Origin: an uncultured Candidatus Planktophila sp.
Lineage (GTDB): Bacteria; Actinomycetota; Actinomycetes; Nanopelagicales; Nanopelagicaceae
NCBI GenBank assembly: GCA_964572265.1
Contig: CAZNEQ010000001.1
Location: 6,664 to 70,663, forward strand
DNA: 64,000 bases
Direction: 5' to 3'
Shown one piece after another: positions 11,839 through 21,579 of this stretch. Numbering within the stretch: the stretch's first letter is position 1; the number at the start of each line of letters is the position of its first letter. Under the pieces are notes generated by a model, which ran no database searches, was not told the DNA's origin, and saw only the letters and a program-made list of their open reading frames with translations. Made by a program: the position numbers and the translations under genes.

Positions 11839-12696
11839 TTAGCGCCGCTCTTCCTTCTGCTTGCAAATCATGCAGAGAGTCGCGCGTGGGAAGACCTGTA
11901 GTCGAGCTTTTCCAATAGGAGAACCACATACTTCACAATTTCCGTAAGTCTTATTATCGATTCGACTAAGAGCCCGTTCTGTCTGAAGCACCATGTCGCG
12001 CGCATTAATCACAAGTGACATCTCATGCTCGCGCTCAAAAGTCTTTGTTCCTGAATCTGCTTGGTCATCTCCAGCGCCATCTCCAGCATCTGCGATGAGT
12101 TCATCCATCTCTGCCTCGACTGATGCAAGCTCGGCTTGGAGACGTAGGAGATCCTTGGAAAGTTCTGCACGGATCGCCTTCAACTCTGATGCGCTCCATG
12201 CTGCTTCACCAGCATCGGCGGTAACAGGTGTTGGCGCAGCCTTAAGAGGCTTCAGTGGAGCAACTTTCTTTCCACTCTTTACTGGACGAGGTGGAGGTGG
12301 CATCACTAAGCGACGCTCTTCCACAACAGCAACTGCTTGAGGCGCTACTACGGTAGCAACCGAGACAGTTTGGGATTTTTCATCGACAGTAAGAGTTGTC
12401 TTTCCTACCTTGGATGGAAAAGGACGACTAGGCGCCTTCTTTACTTCAGTAATTTTCTTTGCAGCAACTTTCTTCGCGGGAGCAGCTTTTTTTGCAACTG
12501 CCTTTTTCGCGGGAGCCGCTTTCTTTGCAACTGCCTTCTTTGTTGGAGCGGCTTTCTTTGCTGGAGCGGCTTTCTTAGCAACCGCCTTCTTCACTGGAGC
12601 AGCCTTCTTTGCCGCAACTTTCTTCGCTGGAGCGGCCTTCTTTGCAGCAGGCTTCACCTTCTTAAGGAGCTTCTGGGCAATATTCTTTGCTGGCAC
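11839..12696 (-). CDS. Histone H1-like N-terminus fused to TraR/DksA C4 zinc-finger domain (DdbA-like)
   Basis: PAKKA/KKAVA repeats, coiled coil with DDQADSG, CEVCG...CMIC zinc finger. Start probably GTG 12696 (or 12705), not the upstream ORF-track start that overlaps the T-box. Confidence 0.85.
   Translation of the reverse strand: MPAKNIAQKLLKKVKPAAKKAAPAKKVAAKKAAPVKKAVAKKAAPAKKAAPTKKAVAKKAAPAKKAVAKKAAPAKKVAAKKITEVKKAPSRPFPSKVGKTTLTVDEKSQTVSVATVVAPQAVAVVEERRLVMPPPPRPVKSGKKVAPLKPLKAAPTPVTADAGEAAWSASELKAIRAELSKDLLRLQAELASVEAEMDELIADAGDGAGDDQADSGTKTFEREHEMSLVINARDMVLQTERALSRIDNKTYGNCEVCGSPIGKARLQVFPRATLCMICKQKEERR
12455..12660 (-). repeat. Coding tandem degenerate repeats (AKKAAP/AKKAVA units)
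   Basis: About 10 imperfect 15-18 bp units encoding Lys/Ala/Pro repeats. Confidence 0.85.
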
Positions 12697-12805
12697 GCCG
12701 CGCACCCTATTCCCTTTACCTGCCCGCTGCCAACTGCGCCACGCGTGAGGAACTGCGGTTCGGTGGCGATGGTTTAGACTTCGGGCACAGGATTTGCGCG
12801 AAAGT

Positions 12806-13002
12806 GGCGATGAAGAGGCGATCACCTCGGAGCCGGCTGGAAGATACTCCCGTTTGCGCGGGAGGGTAGAACCGCAACGCGTGAAGAGTGAAAGTGGCAG
12901 TGCTCAAGCAGCGCTGCAAGGCGGGTGGTACCGCGAGCCTCGTGCTCGTCCCTCCATTGAGCGAGACTTACCAAGAAGTCGAGCATGGAGTGGGAGATAG
13001 AG
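12806..13002 (+). ncRNA. Actinobacterial translational ileS T-box riboswitch
   Basis: Short stem I GGCGATGAAGAGGCG-ATC-ACCTCGGAGCC with Ile specifier ATC at 12821-12823. T-box GGGTGGTACCGCG at 12923-12935. CCCTCCAT can pair with ATGGAGTGGG near the ileS RBS. Confidence 0.92.
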
Positions 13003-16000
13003 ATGACCGATTCACCGAAGTTCAATGCAATCGCTCCGCAGATTGATCTGCCTGCGATGGAGCACTCCATCCTTGATTTCTGGAAGCGCGAAAATATTTT
13101 TGAGAAGAGTTTAAGCGCTCGTGCCGATGGTGAACCTTGGACTTTCTATGAAGGTCCACCCACTGCAAACGGCATGCCTGGAACACACCATATCGAAGCT
13201 CGTGTTTTTAAAGATGTCTTTCCTCGCTACCAAACGATGAAGGGAAAGTACGTCTCACGTAAAGCTGGCTGGGATTGTCACGGACTCCCTGTTGAAATTG
13301 CAGTAGAGAAAGAACTTGGTTTTTCAGGCAAGGGCGATATCGAGAAATTTGGTATCGCAGAATTTAACGACAAGTGCAAGAGCTCTGTCACTCGCCATGT
13401 TGACGCCTTTACCAAAATGACAGAGCGAATGGGCTTCTGGGTTGATTTTGATCAAGCATATTGGACTATGGCACCTGAGTATGTTGAGAGCGTCTGGTGG
13501 TCACTCTCTGAAATTTGGAAGAAGGGTTTGCTCGTTCAAGATCATCGGGTTGCTCCATACTGTCCTCGCTGTGGCACAGGACTTTCTGATCACGAACTCG
13601 CTCAAGGATATGAAACCGTTGTTGATCCTTCAGTTTATGTTCGCTTTCCGATTACCAGTGGCGAGCTCGCTCAATTAAACGCCTCTCTCCTGGTATGGAC
13701 AACAACACCATGGACTTTGGTATCAAATACAGCGGTTGCAGCTCACCCTGACGTCGATTACGTAGCGGTGCGCACCACAGTCGATGAAAACACAGAGGTA
13801 TTGGTTGTGGCAGAGCCACTGCTCTCTGCTGTTGCAGGTGAGCAGGAAATTCTCAAGCGATTTAAGGGCAAGGATTTGGAGCGCGTGACCTATAAGCGCC
13901 CATTTGATTACATCGATATCCCTGATTCACATTTTGTAGTTCTCGCGACTTACGTGACAACCGAAGACGGTTCTGGATTAGTACACCAAGCTCCTGCATT
14001 TGGCGCAGATGACTTACAGGTATGCCGTTCTTATGGATTGCCAGTCGTTAATCCTGTTGCAGCTGATGGCCACTTCCTTAGCGATGTACCAATCGTTGGT
14101 GGACTTTTCTTTAAAGATGCAGATAAGCCGCTCGTGAAGGAGCTCAAGGCAAGTGGAGCTCTCTACAAGAATCAGCCATATGAGCACTCATATCCACATT
14201 GCTGGCGTTGCCACACTGCGTTGATTTACTACGCACAACCATCGTGGTACATCCGTACAACTTCAATTAAAGAAGCGCTTCTACGGGAAAACGAAAAGAC
14301 CAACTGGTTCCCAGAGACAATTAAGACCGGTAGATATGGTGATTGGCTTACCAACAATATCGATTGGGCGCTCTCCCGCAACCGTTATTGGGGTACACCG
14401 CTACCAATTTGGCGATGCGAGAATAAACATGAAATCTGCATCTCATCACTAAAAGAGCTCGGCGCCCTTGCCGGCAAAGAACTTTCAACTCTAGATCCGC
14501 ACCGCCCATTTGTTGATGACATCACCTTCGGATGTGCGGAGTGTGATCAGACCATGGTCCGAGTTCCTGAGGTAATTGACTGTTGGTATGACTCCGGATC
14601 AATGCCATTTGCTCAATGGGGCTATCCGCACAAGGAAGGATCAGTTGAGCAGTTCAAGGCAGCCTATCCCGCTGACTTCATTTGCGAGGCAATCGACCAG
14701 ACTCGAGGATGGTTCTACACCTTGATGACAATTGGAACTCTTGTCTTTGATCAATCCTCCTACGAGAACGTTCTCTGCCTCGGTCACATCTTGGATAAAG
14801 ATGGACGAAAGATGAGCAAGCACCTCGGAAATGTCTTGGAGCCAATGGCTCTCATGGATCAACATGGCGCTGACGCTGTTCGCTGGTACATGCTTGCAGC
14901 AGGATCACCTTGGGCTTCACGTCGCGTAGGCCATGAGGCAATTTCAGATGTGATCCGTAAGACCCTCCTTACATACTGGAACACGATCTCGTTCCACGCA
15001 CTCTATGCCAAAGCATCCAATTTCACTTTAGATCAAAGCCCTTCGATTGCAAATCGCTCGACGATGGATAAGTGGATTTTAAGTGAACTGAACTCTGTTA
15101 TAAACGAAGTCGATAAGGCATACAGCGAATTTGATTCACAAAGTGCCGGAAAAGTTCTTGCTAAATTTATCGATGACCTATCCAATTGGTATGTCCGTCG
15201 TTCTCGTCGCCGCTTCTGGGATGGCGATGTCGCAGCGCTTGCGACCCTTCACGAATGCTTAGAAGCTCTCACTCAATTGCTTGCTCCAATGGTTCCATTC
15301 ATTGCTGAACAAACTTGGCAAGAACTCATTCGAGTAGCAAATCCAAACGCTCCCGTCTCCGTGCATCTCACTGATTTTCCAGTTGCAGATAAATCTCTCA
15401 TTAATCCTGAGTTAAATAAGCAAGTCGCAATGACTCGACGAGTCGTTGAACTTGGCCGATCTGCACGTGCAGAATCTGGAGTAAAGATTCGTCAGCCATT
15501 ACAGCGTGCTCTCATCTCCGCTGTCGGATGGTCATCGCTTCCGATTGAAATGAAGGAGCAGATTTCTGACGAGCTTAATGTGATTGACTTGGCCGATATT
15601 GCTGATGCAGATGGTGACTTAGTTGATGTTTCAATCAAAGCGAACTTCAAATCACTCGGCGCGAAATATGGAAAGTCTGTCCAGGATGTTGCCAAACTCA
15701 TTGCATCAGCTGATGCTGTCTCACTAGTTCGAACTCTGCGGACGCAGCCTGTGACTACGCTCGGCAGCTATGAAATTTCTATCGATGACCTAGTTGTGAC
15801 TGAAGTACCAAAGAGTGGCTGGATGGTTGCTAGCCATGACGGCGAGAGCGTCGCTCTCGACCTAGAGCTCACTCCAGAGCTCATAGCTGCAGGCGCAATC
15901 CGTGAAGTAATCCGAGCGATACAGGAACGTCGAAAGAGCGACGGGTTGGATATCTCAGATCGAATCATTGTGAAGTGGAATGCCAACCCAGAAGATGTTT

Positions 16001-16125
16001 CGACTATCGAATCGGGCCTCCGACATATTTCGGAAGAAGTTCTCGCGACATCGATGGTGCGCGACGAGAGCCTTACTCCGGGAGAATTTGAACTCGGCTT
16101 AATCTTTGAGTTAAGTAAAGCTTAA
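13003..16125 (+). CDS. ileS: Isoleucine--tRNA ligase (type 2)
   Basis: EGPPTANG, GWDCHGLPVE, WTTTPWT, DWALSRNRYWG, KMSKH. Start set at ATG 13003, downstream of GGGAG. Confidence 0.97.
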   Translation: MTDSPKFNAIAPQIDLPAMEHSILDFWKRENIFEKSLSARADGEPWTFYEGPPTANGMPGTHHIEARVFKDVFPRYQTMKGKYVSRKAGWDCHGLPVEIAVEKELGFSGKGDIEKFGIAEFNDKCKSSVTRHVDAFTKMTERMGFWVDFDQAYWTMAPEYVESVWWSLSEIWKKGLLVQDHRVAPYCPRCGTGLSDHELAQGYETVVDPSVYVRFPITSGELAQLNASLLVWTTTPWTLVSNTAVAAHPDVDYVAVRTTVDENTEVLVVAEPLLSAVAGEQEILKRFKGKDLERVTYKRPFDYIDIPDSHFVVLATYVTTEDGSGLVHQAPAFGADDLQVCRSYGLPVVNPVAADGHFLSDVPIVGGLFFKDADKPLVKELKASGALYKNQPYEHSYPHCWRCHTALIYYAQPSWYIRTTSIKEALLRENEKTNWFPETIKTGRYGDWLTNNIDWALSRNRYWGTPLPIWRCENKHEICISSLKELGALAGKELSTLDPHRPFVDDITFGCAECDQTMVRVPEVIDCWYDSGSMPFAQWGYPHKEGSVEQFKAAYPADFICEAIDQTRGWFYTLMTIGTLVFDQSSYENVLCLGHILDKDGRKMSKHLGNVLEPMALMDQHGADAVRWYMLAAGSPWASRRVGHEAISDVIRKTLLTYWNTISFHALYAKASNFTLDQSPSIANRSTMDKWILSELNSVINEVDKAYSEFDSQSAGKVLAKFIDDLSNWYVRRSRRRFWDGDVAALATLHECLEALTQLLAPMVPFIAEQTWQELIRVANPNAPVSVHLTDFPVADKSLINPELNKQVAMTRRVVELGRSARAESGVKIRQPLQRALISAVGWSSLPIEMKEQISDELNVIDLADIADADGDLVDVSIKANFKSLGAKYGKSVQDVAKLIASADAVSLVRTLRTQPVTTLGSYEISIDDLVVTEVPKSGWMVASHDGESVALDLELTPELIAAGAIREVIRAIQERRKSDGLDISDRIIVKWNANPEDVSTIESGLRHISEEVLATSMVRDESLTPGEFELGLIFELSKA

Positions 16126-16406
16126 AGAACCGCAACGACTATTGATTGCAAGAGATTGACTGCAATCAATAGAACGATAAAAGAGAGATCGAGTGCTACG
16201 CCACCAATGCGAAGCGGTGGTACGAAGCGACGAACAAAACGCATTGGCGGTTCTGTCACAGTGAAGATCACTTCGAAAATCGCGAGCAGGAAAGTGTTTG
16301 GTCGCCAAGAGCGTGCAAACATTCGAATGTAATCGATGATGATGCGCAGAAAGAGCGCAATCTTAAAGAATGAAAGAAGTTGGAGAATAACGTTCTGTAA
16401 AAACAT
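16122..16406 (-). CDS. YggT/YlmG (SepG) membrane protein
   Basis: VTEPP..FVRRFVPPLRIGGVALDLS motif; lies after sepF. Confidence 0.92.
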   Translation of the reverse strand: MFLQNVILQLLSFFKIALFLRIIIDYIRMFARSWRPNTFLLAIFEVIFTVTEPPMRFVRRFVPPLRIGGVALDLSFIVLLIAVNLLQSIVVAVL

Positions 16407-16414
16407 CAGTGGCG

Positions 16415-16882
16415 TCAGCTCTGGTTGTAAAAGCTTGCTTGAGCCGCTGTGCGATCTTCATTGCTCACATTGACATTAGCTGGTGAGAGAAGAAAGACCT
16501 TGAGGCTGATGCGCTCGATACGACCATGAAGACCAAATACCAGGCCAGATGCGAAGTCAACAAGGCGCTTGCGCTCTGACTCTTCCATGTCATCGAGGTT
16601 GATGATGACAGGGTTGCCTTCACGATAATACTCGCCGACCTTACGTGCCTCTGAATAAGAGCGCGGCTGAAGTGTGACGATGTTGTATGAAGCGCTCTCT
16701 TCGACAAATTGCTCTTGCGCTACTTCATGGTGTGTGCGAACAACTGTCACACCGGTTGGCTCTGGACGGCGTGGAGTGATTGCGCGTGGTTCAGTTTTCT
16801 TAACTGGAGTAGCAGGGGTCTCTAACTCATCCTCTGAATCGACCAGACCAAGGAAACCCATCATCTTATTGAGTGCTGACAT
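16415..16882 (-). CDS. sepF: Cell division protein SepF
   Basis: PRSYSEAR.VGE..R.G.PVIINL, KRLVDFASGL. Start ATG 16882, 7 nt after a TAACCT -10 box. Confidence 0.95.
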   Translation of the reverse strand: MSALNKMMGFLGLVDSEDELETPATPVKKTEPRAITPRRPEPTGVTVVRTHHEVAQEQFVEESASYNIVTLQPRSYSEARKVGEYYREGNPVIINLDDMEESERKRLVDFASGLVFGLHGRIERISLKVFLLSPANVNVSNEDRTAAQASFYNQS

Positions 16883-16895
16883 GGGCTCTAGGTTA

Positions 16896-17552
16896 CTAGT
16901 GGTATTGCCGCGGACCGAGGATTTTGCTCCCCACTCGGATGTGTGTCGCACCATGATCAAGGGCAATCAGATAGTCACCAGACATACCTGCTGAAAGTGA
17001 AGGAGCCGTAGGAAAATCGGCAATAAAGCGGCGATGAATCTGTGAAATTTCTGCGAATGCAAGGGCTGGCGCTGAAGCAACCGGCGGAATGCACATGATT
17101 CCCTGAAGTCGAATTCCAGGTCGGTTAATCAGCTGAAGAGCCAACTCATGGAGTTCTCTCTCTTGCACTCCCCCGCGTTCTGGATCTCCATCGAGTGAGA
17201 GCTGAAGGAAAACGTCGACGTCGCTCGACTTTTCAGCAAGTGTGCGTTCAATTTTTTCACCATGGCCGAGATTGTCGAGTGAGTGAATACACCCTGCCCA
17301 CGAGAGAATCTCTCGAATCTTCTTGCTCTGAATCTCTCCTTGGTAATGCCAATGAGCCTCAACCACCGTGCTCTTCTCGACGCCCTCAGCGCTTCGATTC
17401 TCTCCGAAGTGATTAACGCCTAAATTCTTTAGAATTTCGACATCGCTAATGGGGTATGTCTTAGTTACGACAATTAAAGTTGGCGCATATGGCGCAATTT
17501 CGTCCTGCACTGCATGCAAGTTCTCTGCTAATTCCTCTGCTCTAGCACTCAT
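16896..17552 (-). CDS. yggS: PLP homeostasis protein YggS/YlmE
   Basis: VVTKT, FGENR, LSAGMSGD, GATHIRVGS. Start ATG 17552 overlaps the pgeF stop. Confidence 0.92.
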   Translation of the reverse strand: MSARAEELAENLHAVQDEIAPYAPTLIVVTKTYPISDVEILKNLGVNHFGENRSAEGVEKSTVVEAHWHYQGEIQSKKIREILSWAGCIHSLDNLGHGEKIERTLAEKSSDVDVFLQLSLDGDPERGGVQERELHELALQLINRPGIRLQGIMCIPPVASAPALAFAEISQIHRRFIADFPTAPSLSAGMSGDYLIALDHGATHIRVGSKILGPRQYH

Positions 17553-18211
17553 AGCGTGATCACTCCCACCTGTCGACCAGTGACGCCATCGCGCCGGTAA
17601 GAGAAGTAATCCAAATCTTCCACTGTGCATTCATCGTGTCTTTCAACACTGACTCCAACGGCTGTCAGTGCCACTGAAAGAGCTGCTGGCAGATCCAATG
17701 AAAGCGTGTTCTTTGCGGTGCGCGATGCGGCAAGCGGATGAAGTTGGGTCACTTCTCTAAATATTTCCTCCGAGACTTCGTAGCATATGCCACAAATAGA
17801 TGGCCCCAGCACTGCAGAAATTGTTGTGGCTCCCATCTCGCGCATTACTGCAACAGTCTTGATGGCCACATCATTGACCAAACCTTTGCGACCCACATGG
17901 ACTGCAGCGACAGATTCTCGGGAGTGCAGAAGAAGTGGAATGCAATCTGCAGTCATCACCGCAAGAGTGATTCCAGGAATTCCCGTGACCAAAGCATCTG
18001 CTGTCGGAACTTCATCCGATATTTCCTCAATCACAGCGATTCGATTTCCATGAACTTGGTTCATGAACTGAGTTGGTCCCACCAAATCCGCAAGCATCTT
18101 TCGGTTAGTAGCCACATCTTCTGGTGAATCTCCCACATGATCTCCGAGATTGAGAGATGCAAACGCACCGTGGCTCACGCCTCCGGTGCGTTTGGTAAAG
18201 CTGATATTCAT
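17549..18211 (-). CDS. pgeF: Peptidoglycan editing factor PgeF/YfiH (YlmD)
   Basis: SLNLGDHVGD, MNQVHG, TADCIP, GPSICGICYEV, FSYRR. Confidence 0.94.
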   Translation of the reverse strand: MNISFTKRTGGVSHGAFASLNLGDHVGDSPEDVATNRKMLADLVGPTQFMNQVHGNRIAVIEEISDEVPTADALVTGIPGITLAVMTADCIPLLLHSRESVAAVHVGRKGLVNDVAIKTVAVMREMGATTISAVLGPSICGICYEVSEEIFREVTQLHPLAASRTAKNTLSLDLPAALSVALTAVGVSVERHDECTVEDLDYFSYRRDGVTGRQVGVITL

Positions 18212-18235
18212 GCCAGCTCCGACATTACTGACGGC

Positions 18236-19366
18236 TTACTTCATAAAGTCTGGGACATCGATTTCGTCTTCAGAGACGAGTTCTTCAAATGTAATGCGCT
18301 TACGTGGAGCCGAAGAATCGAGATCGAGGGCGACTGAGAGTGGATCATTGGCGGGAATTGGATCAGCCTGACCGGAGAGAGTTGCTGCATTGATTGAAGG
18401 CATCTCCACCTTCTTTGGCTCTCCACCAGCGAATCCCGCTGCAATCACAGTGATTCGAACTTCATCACCGAGGGCATCATCAATTGTTGTTCCAAAGATA
18501 ATGCGCGCGTCAGGATGTGCCGCACTTTGTACGAGTTCGCACGCCTCATTGATTTCAAAGAGACCTAGATCAGAACCGCCTGCTACAGAGAGGAGAACCC
18601 CCATTGCGCCATCAATAGATGCTTCTAGTAATGGGCTTGAGATTGCGAGCTCTGCTGCACGCGAAGCGCGATTCTCGCCACGAGCAGAACCAATTCCCAT
18701 CAAAGCAGAACCAGCATCTGTCATAACTGTTTTTACGTCGGCGAAGTCGAGGTTGATAAGACCTGGCTGAGTAATAATCTCGGTAATTCCTTGAACGCCA
18801 GAGAGGAGAACTTGGTCTGCACTCTTAAAGGCATCCATCGCAGTGATGTTGCGGTCAGAGATAGCAAGGAGGCGATCATTCGGAATAACGATAAGAGTGT
18901 CAACGTGTTCGCGAAGCGCAGCAATACCCTCTTCTGCTTGGCTAGTACGAATCTTTCCTTCAAAAGAGAATGGACGTGTAACAACACCAATGGTGAGAGC
19001 TCCGAGGTCGCGTGCAATCTTTGCAACTATTGGTGCGCCACCTGTTCCGGTGCCTCCACCCTCTCCGGCAGTTACAAAGACCATATCCGCACCGCGCAAG
19101 ATTTCTTCAATCTCTTCAGTGTGATCGATAGCTGCCTGACGACCCTTCTCTGGTGCAGCACCTGCACCGAGGCCCTTTGTTGATGCGCGACCAATATCAA
19201 GCTTTACATCTGCATCACTCATTAAGAGATGTTGTGCATCTGTATTGATTGCAATGAACTCAACTCCTTTGAGTCCAACTTCAATCATGCGATTGATTGC
19301 ATTAACTCCGCCACCGCCAATACCGACGACCTTAATTACGGCGAGATAATTCTGTGGTGCAGCCAC
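18236..19366 (-). CDS. ftsZ: Cell division protein FtsZ
   Basis: [24 protein letters not shown]-terminal DIDVPDF-like peptide (EIDVPDFMK); AAGGAGG RBS. Confidence 0.98.
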   Translation of the reverse strand: MAAPQNYLAVIKVVGIGGGGVNAINRMIEVGLKGVEFIAINTDAQHLLMSDADVKLDIGRASTKGLGAGAAPEKGRQAAIDHTEEIEEILRGADMVFVTAGEGGGTGTGGAPIVAKIARDLGALTIGVVTRPFSFEGKIRTSQAEEGIAALREHVDTLIVIPNDRLLAISDRNITAMDAFKSADQVLLSGVQGITEIITQPGLINLDFADVKTVMTDAGSALMGIGSARGENRASRAAELAISSPLLEASIDGAMGVLLSVAGGSDLGLFEINEACELVQSAAHPDARIIFGTTIDDALGDEVRITVIAAGFAGGEPKKVEMPSINAATLSGQADPIPANDPLSVALDLDSSAPRKRITFEELVSEDEIDVPDFMK

Positions 19367-19505
19367 CTGGAGCCTCCTTAAGAACTGTAAACCCTCTCTT
19401 GAGAGTTACATTTCTAATCACTTTGATGGAGGCAAGGTATGTCTTTGCTGCGCGTGAATCAAAAACCAACACGAAGAAATACCTCTACCTGTAATAGAGA
19501 GTTTT

Positions 19506-20183
19506 CTATTTCACAATCGGCGCATGGGGTGCAGATAAATCCACTCGCCGAATTAATTTATTCTCTGGAAGTGCCAATAGTGCGCGATAGACACTGACTT
19601 TCAGCTCTAATTTTTCTACCGAGCCCCAACTAATTTTGATATTTCTACCGAGCTCTTTATGCCACGAGTTGATCGATGAGTCGCTGCTGGCACTCATTGA
19701 TATCAGTGACTGTTTCAGATCTGTGGGAAGGTCAGAAAAGAGTGAGATAGCTGCTAGACCAAGGTCCGGGGTGGCCGCACTGACGGTGGGAAGACCCTTT
19801 ACTTTCTCCCCCGGAAAATCAAAGAGGTTTCCCGAAGAGTCAATCGCCCTACCTCGATAAAGTCCCACCGGAACTCGGGCTGAGATGTCTATTGCCACAT
19901 CTCCATCCATCCAATTGCGGGAGACCGAAATGCTTTTCACCCACGAAGTTTCGCCAAGCAGCTTCTCGATAGAGCGAGGTTCGATGCGGGCTAACTTATC
20001 TCCGACCTGAATTCCAGAGCGTTCGATAATGCTCTTCGCGCTGACACCTTCCGGAATACCTGAAGTGGTTATGGTCTTAACGGTAAAGACTGGTGACCAG
20101 GCAAAGAGATATGCCAACGCAATAAATATGGCAGCAAGTGCGGCAAATATTCGAAGGCGTAGTGGCACTTCTTTATTCACCAA
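19506..20183 (-). CDS. ftsQ: Cell division protein FtsQ/DivIB
   Basis: Single TM helix, POTRA-like region, C-terminal VDLSAP; between murC and ftsZ. Confidence 0.85.
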   Translation of the reverse strand: MVNKEVPLRLRIFAALAAIFIALAYLFAWSPVFTVKTITTSGIPEGVSAKSIIERSGIQVGDKLARIEPRSIEKLLGETSWVKSISVSRNWMDGDVAIDISARVPVGLYRGRAIDSSGNLFDFPGEKVKGLPTVSAATPDLGLAAISLFSDLPTDLKQSLISMSASSDSSINSWHKELGRNIKISWGSVEKLELKVSVYRALLALPENKLIRRVDLSAPHAPIVK

Positions 20184-21579
20184 ATCGCTTTGCTAGTCCG
20201 TCGGCAATAATGGGAGCAAGAGAGTTCACATCTCCTGCACCGAGCGTCAGAATGACATCACCTGGCTTAGCGATTTCGATTACCCGATCAGCTGCTTCCA
20301 CAAAATTGGGAACGAAATGGCCATTTTCCATCTTCTCAGCAATTTGCTCAGAGCTCACACCCGGAATTGGCTTCTCACTTGCGGCATAAATTTCCAACAA
20401 AGTGACGTCATCGGCTTTGTCGAGCGAGAGCGCGAACTGTTCCATAAATGCTTGGGTACGTGAGTATCGATGCGGCTGAAAAATGACGAGCACTCGTCCA
20501 GTATCTGCGTATCGACGTGCTGCTTCTAAGGTCACATTGATTTCGGTCGGGTGATGACCGTAATCATCGATAATCCGAACTCCATTAACACTCGCCTTTA
20601 ATTCAAAGCGCCTGCCCGCCCCTTGGAAAGAGTGGAGCCCACTCAGGAGCGCTGCCGGGTTAAGGTCAAATGAAAGTCCTAGTGCGAGAGTACCGGCAGC
20701 GTTGAGGAGGTTATGGTGACCTGGCACTTGAAGCTCAATAAACCCAACTACAGATCCTTTCCACACTGCACGTCCGCGAGAACCCTGCGGCGTTAAAGCA
20801 ATCTGGTCGAGCTTTAAATCAGATCCATCAGTAGTGCCATATGAATATCTCTGACAATGTTTAACTGACTGACCGAGTGAACGCGAACCTGCATCATCAT
20901 TGCAATAAATCAATGTTCCATCTACTGGGATAGTAAGAGCAAATTCTGCGAAGACTTTCACTACTTCTTCCGCAGTAGCAAAGTAATCAACATGGTCATG
21001 CTCAACATTTGTAACTATGGCCGCACGGGGATGATAGGCAACAAATGAACCATCGGACTCATCTGCCTCTGCAATGAAATATGCACCAGACCCACGATGG
21101 GCGTTAGAGCCAGATGCCGTGAGGGTTCCTCCGATTGCGAAAGAGGGATCTGTGCCACATGCCTGGAAGGCAACGGTCGCCATCGACGACGTTGTAGTTT
21201 TTCCGTGAGTGCCGGCAATTGCAATATTGGTGAGCCCATACATCAGAAGCGAGAGCGCTTTAGCGCGCGTCAAAATCGGAATCGAGCGTTCGAGTGCGCG
21301 GACTAGTTCAGGGTTAGTGGCATTAATTGCGGTTGAGTAGACCACAACATCAGCGCCATCGATATTCTCGGCTGCATGGCTGCGAAAAACTCTCGCACCA
21401 AGGGCTTCAAGCGCAAGAAGAACAGATGAATCCTTTGCATCAGAACCGGAGACGGTAATTCCATCAGCTAAGGCAATTCGAGCCAATCCGCTCATGCCAG
21501 ATCCGCCGATTCCAATAAAGTGAACCTTCTTGCCAAGCAAAGACTCCCCCATAAAGGCGGTACTTGTTGGGATTGTCAT
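20173..21579 (-). CDS. murC: UDP-N-acetylmuramate--L-alanine ligase
   Basis: HFIGIGGSGMS, GTHGKTTT, EADESD, DDYGHHPTE, FQPHRYSRT. Confidence 0.97.
   Translation of the reverse strand: MTIPTSTAFMGESLLGKKVHFIGIGGSGMSGLARIALADGITVSGSDAKDSSVLLALEALGARVFRSHAAENIDGADVVVYSTAINATNPELVRALERSIPILTRAKALSLLMYGLTNIAIAGTHGKTTTSSMATVAFQACGTDPSFAIGGTLTASGSNAHRGSGAYFIAEADESDGSFVAYHPRAAIVTNVEHDHVDYFATAEEVVKVFAEFALTIPVDGTLIYCNDDAGSRSLGQSVKHCQRYSYGTTDGSDLKLDQIALTPQGSRGRAVWKGSVVGFIELQVPGHHNLLNAAGTLALGLSFDLNPAALLSGLHSFQGAGRRFELKASVNGVRIIDDYGHHPTEINVTLEAARRYADTGRVLVIFQPHRYSRTQAFMEQFALSLDKADDVTLLEIYAASEKPIPGVSSEQIAEKMENGHFVPNFVEAADRVIEIAKPGDVILTLGAGDVNSLAPIIADGLAKRFGE

Noticed and set aside
12455-12660. Possible CRISPR-like repeat array
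   Set aside because: The units are degenerate, in-frame codon repeats with no unique spacers and no cas genes.
12337-12777. Plus-strand repetitive ORFs (FFAGAA / Cys-Ser-rich)
   Set aside because: Antisense readings of the PAKKA-coding repeats.
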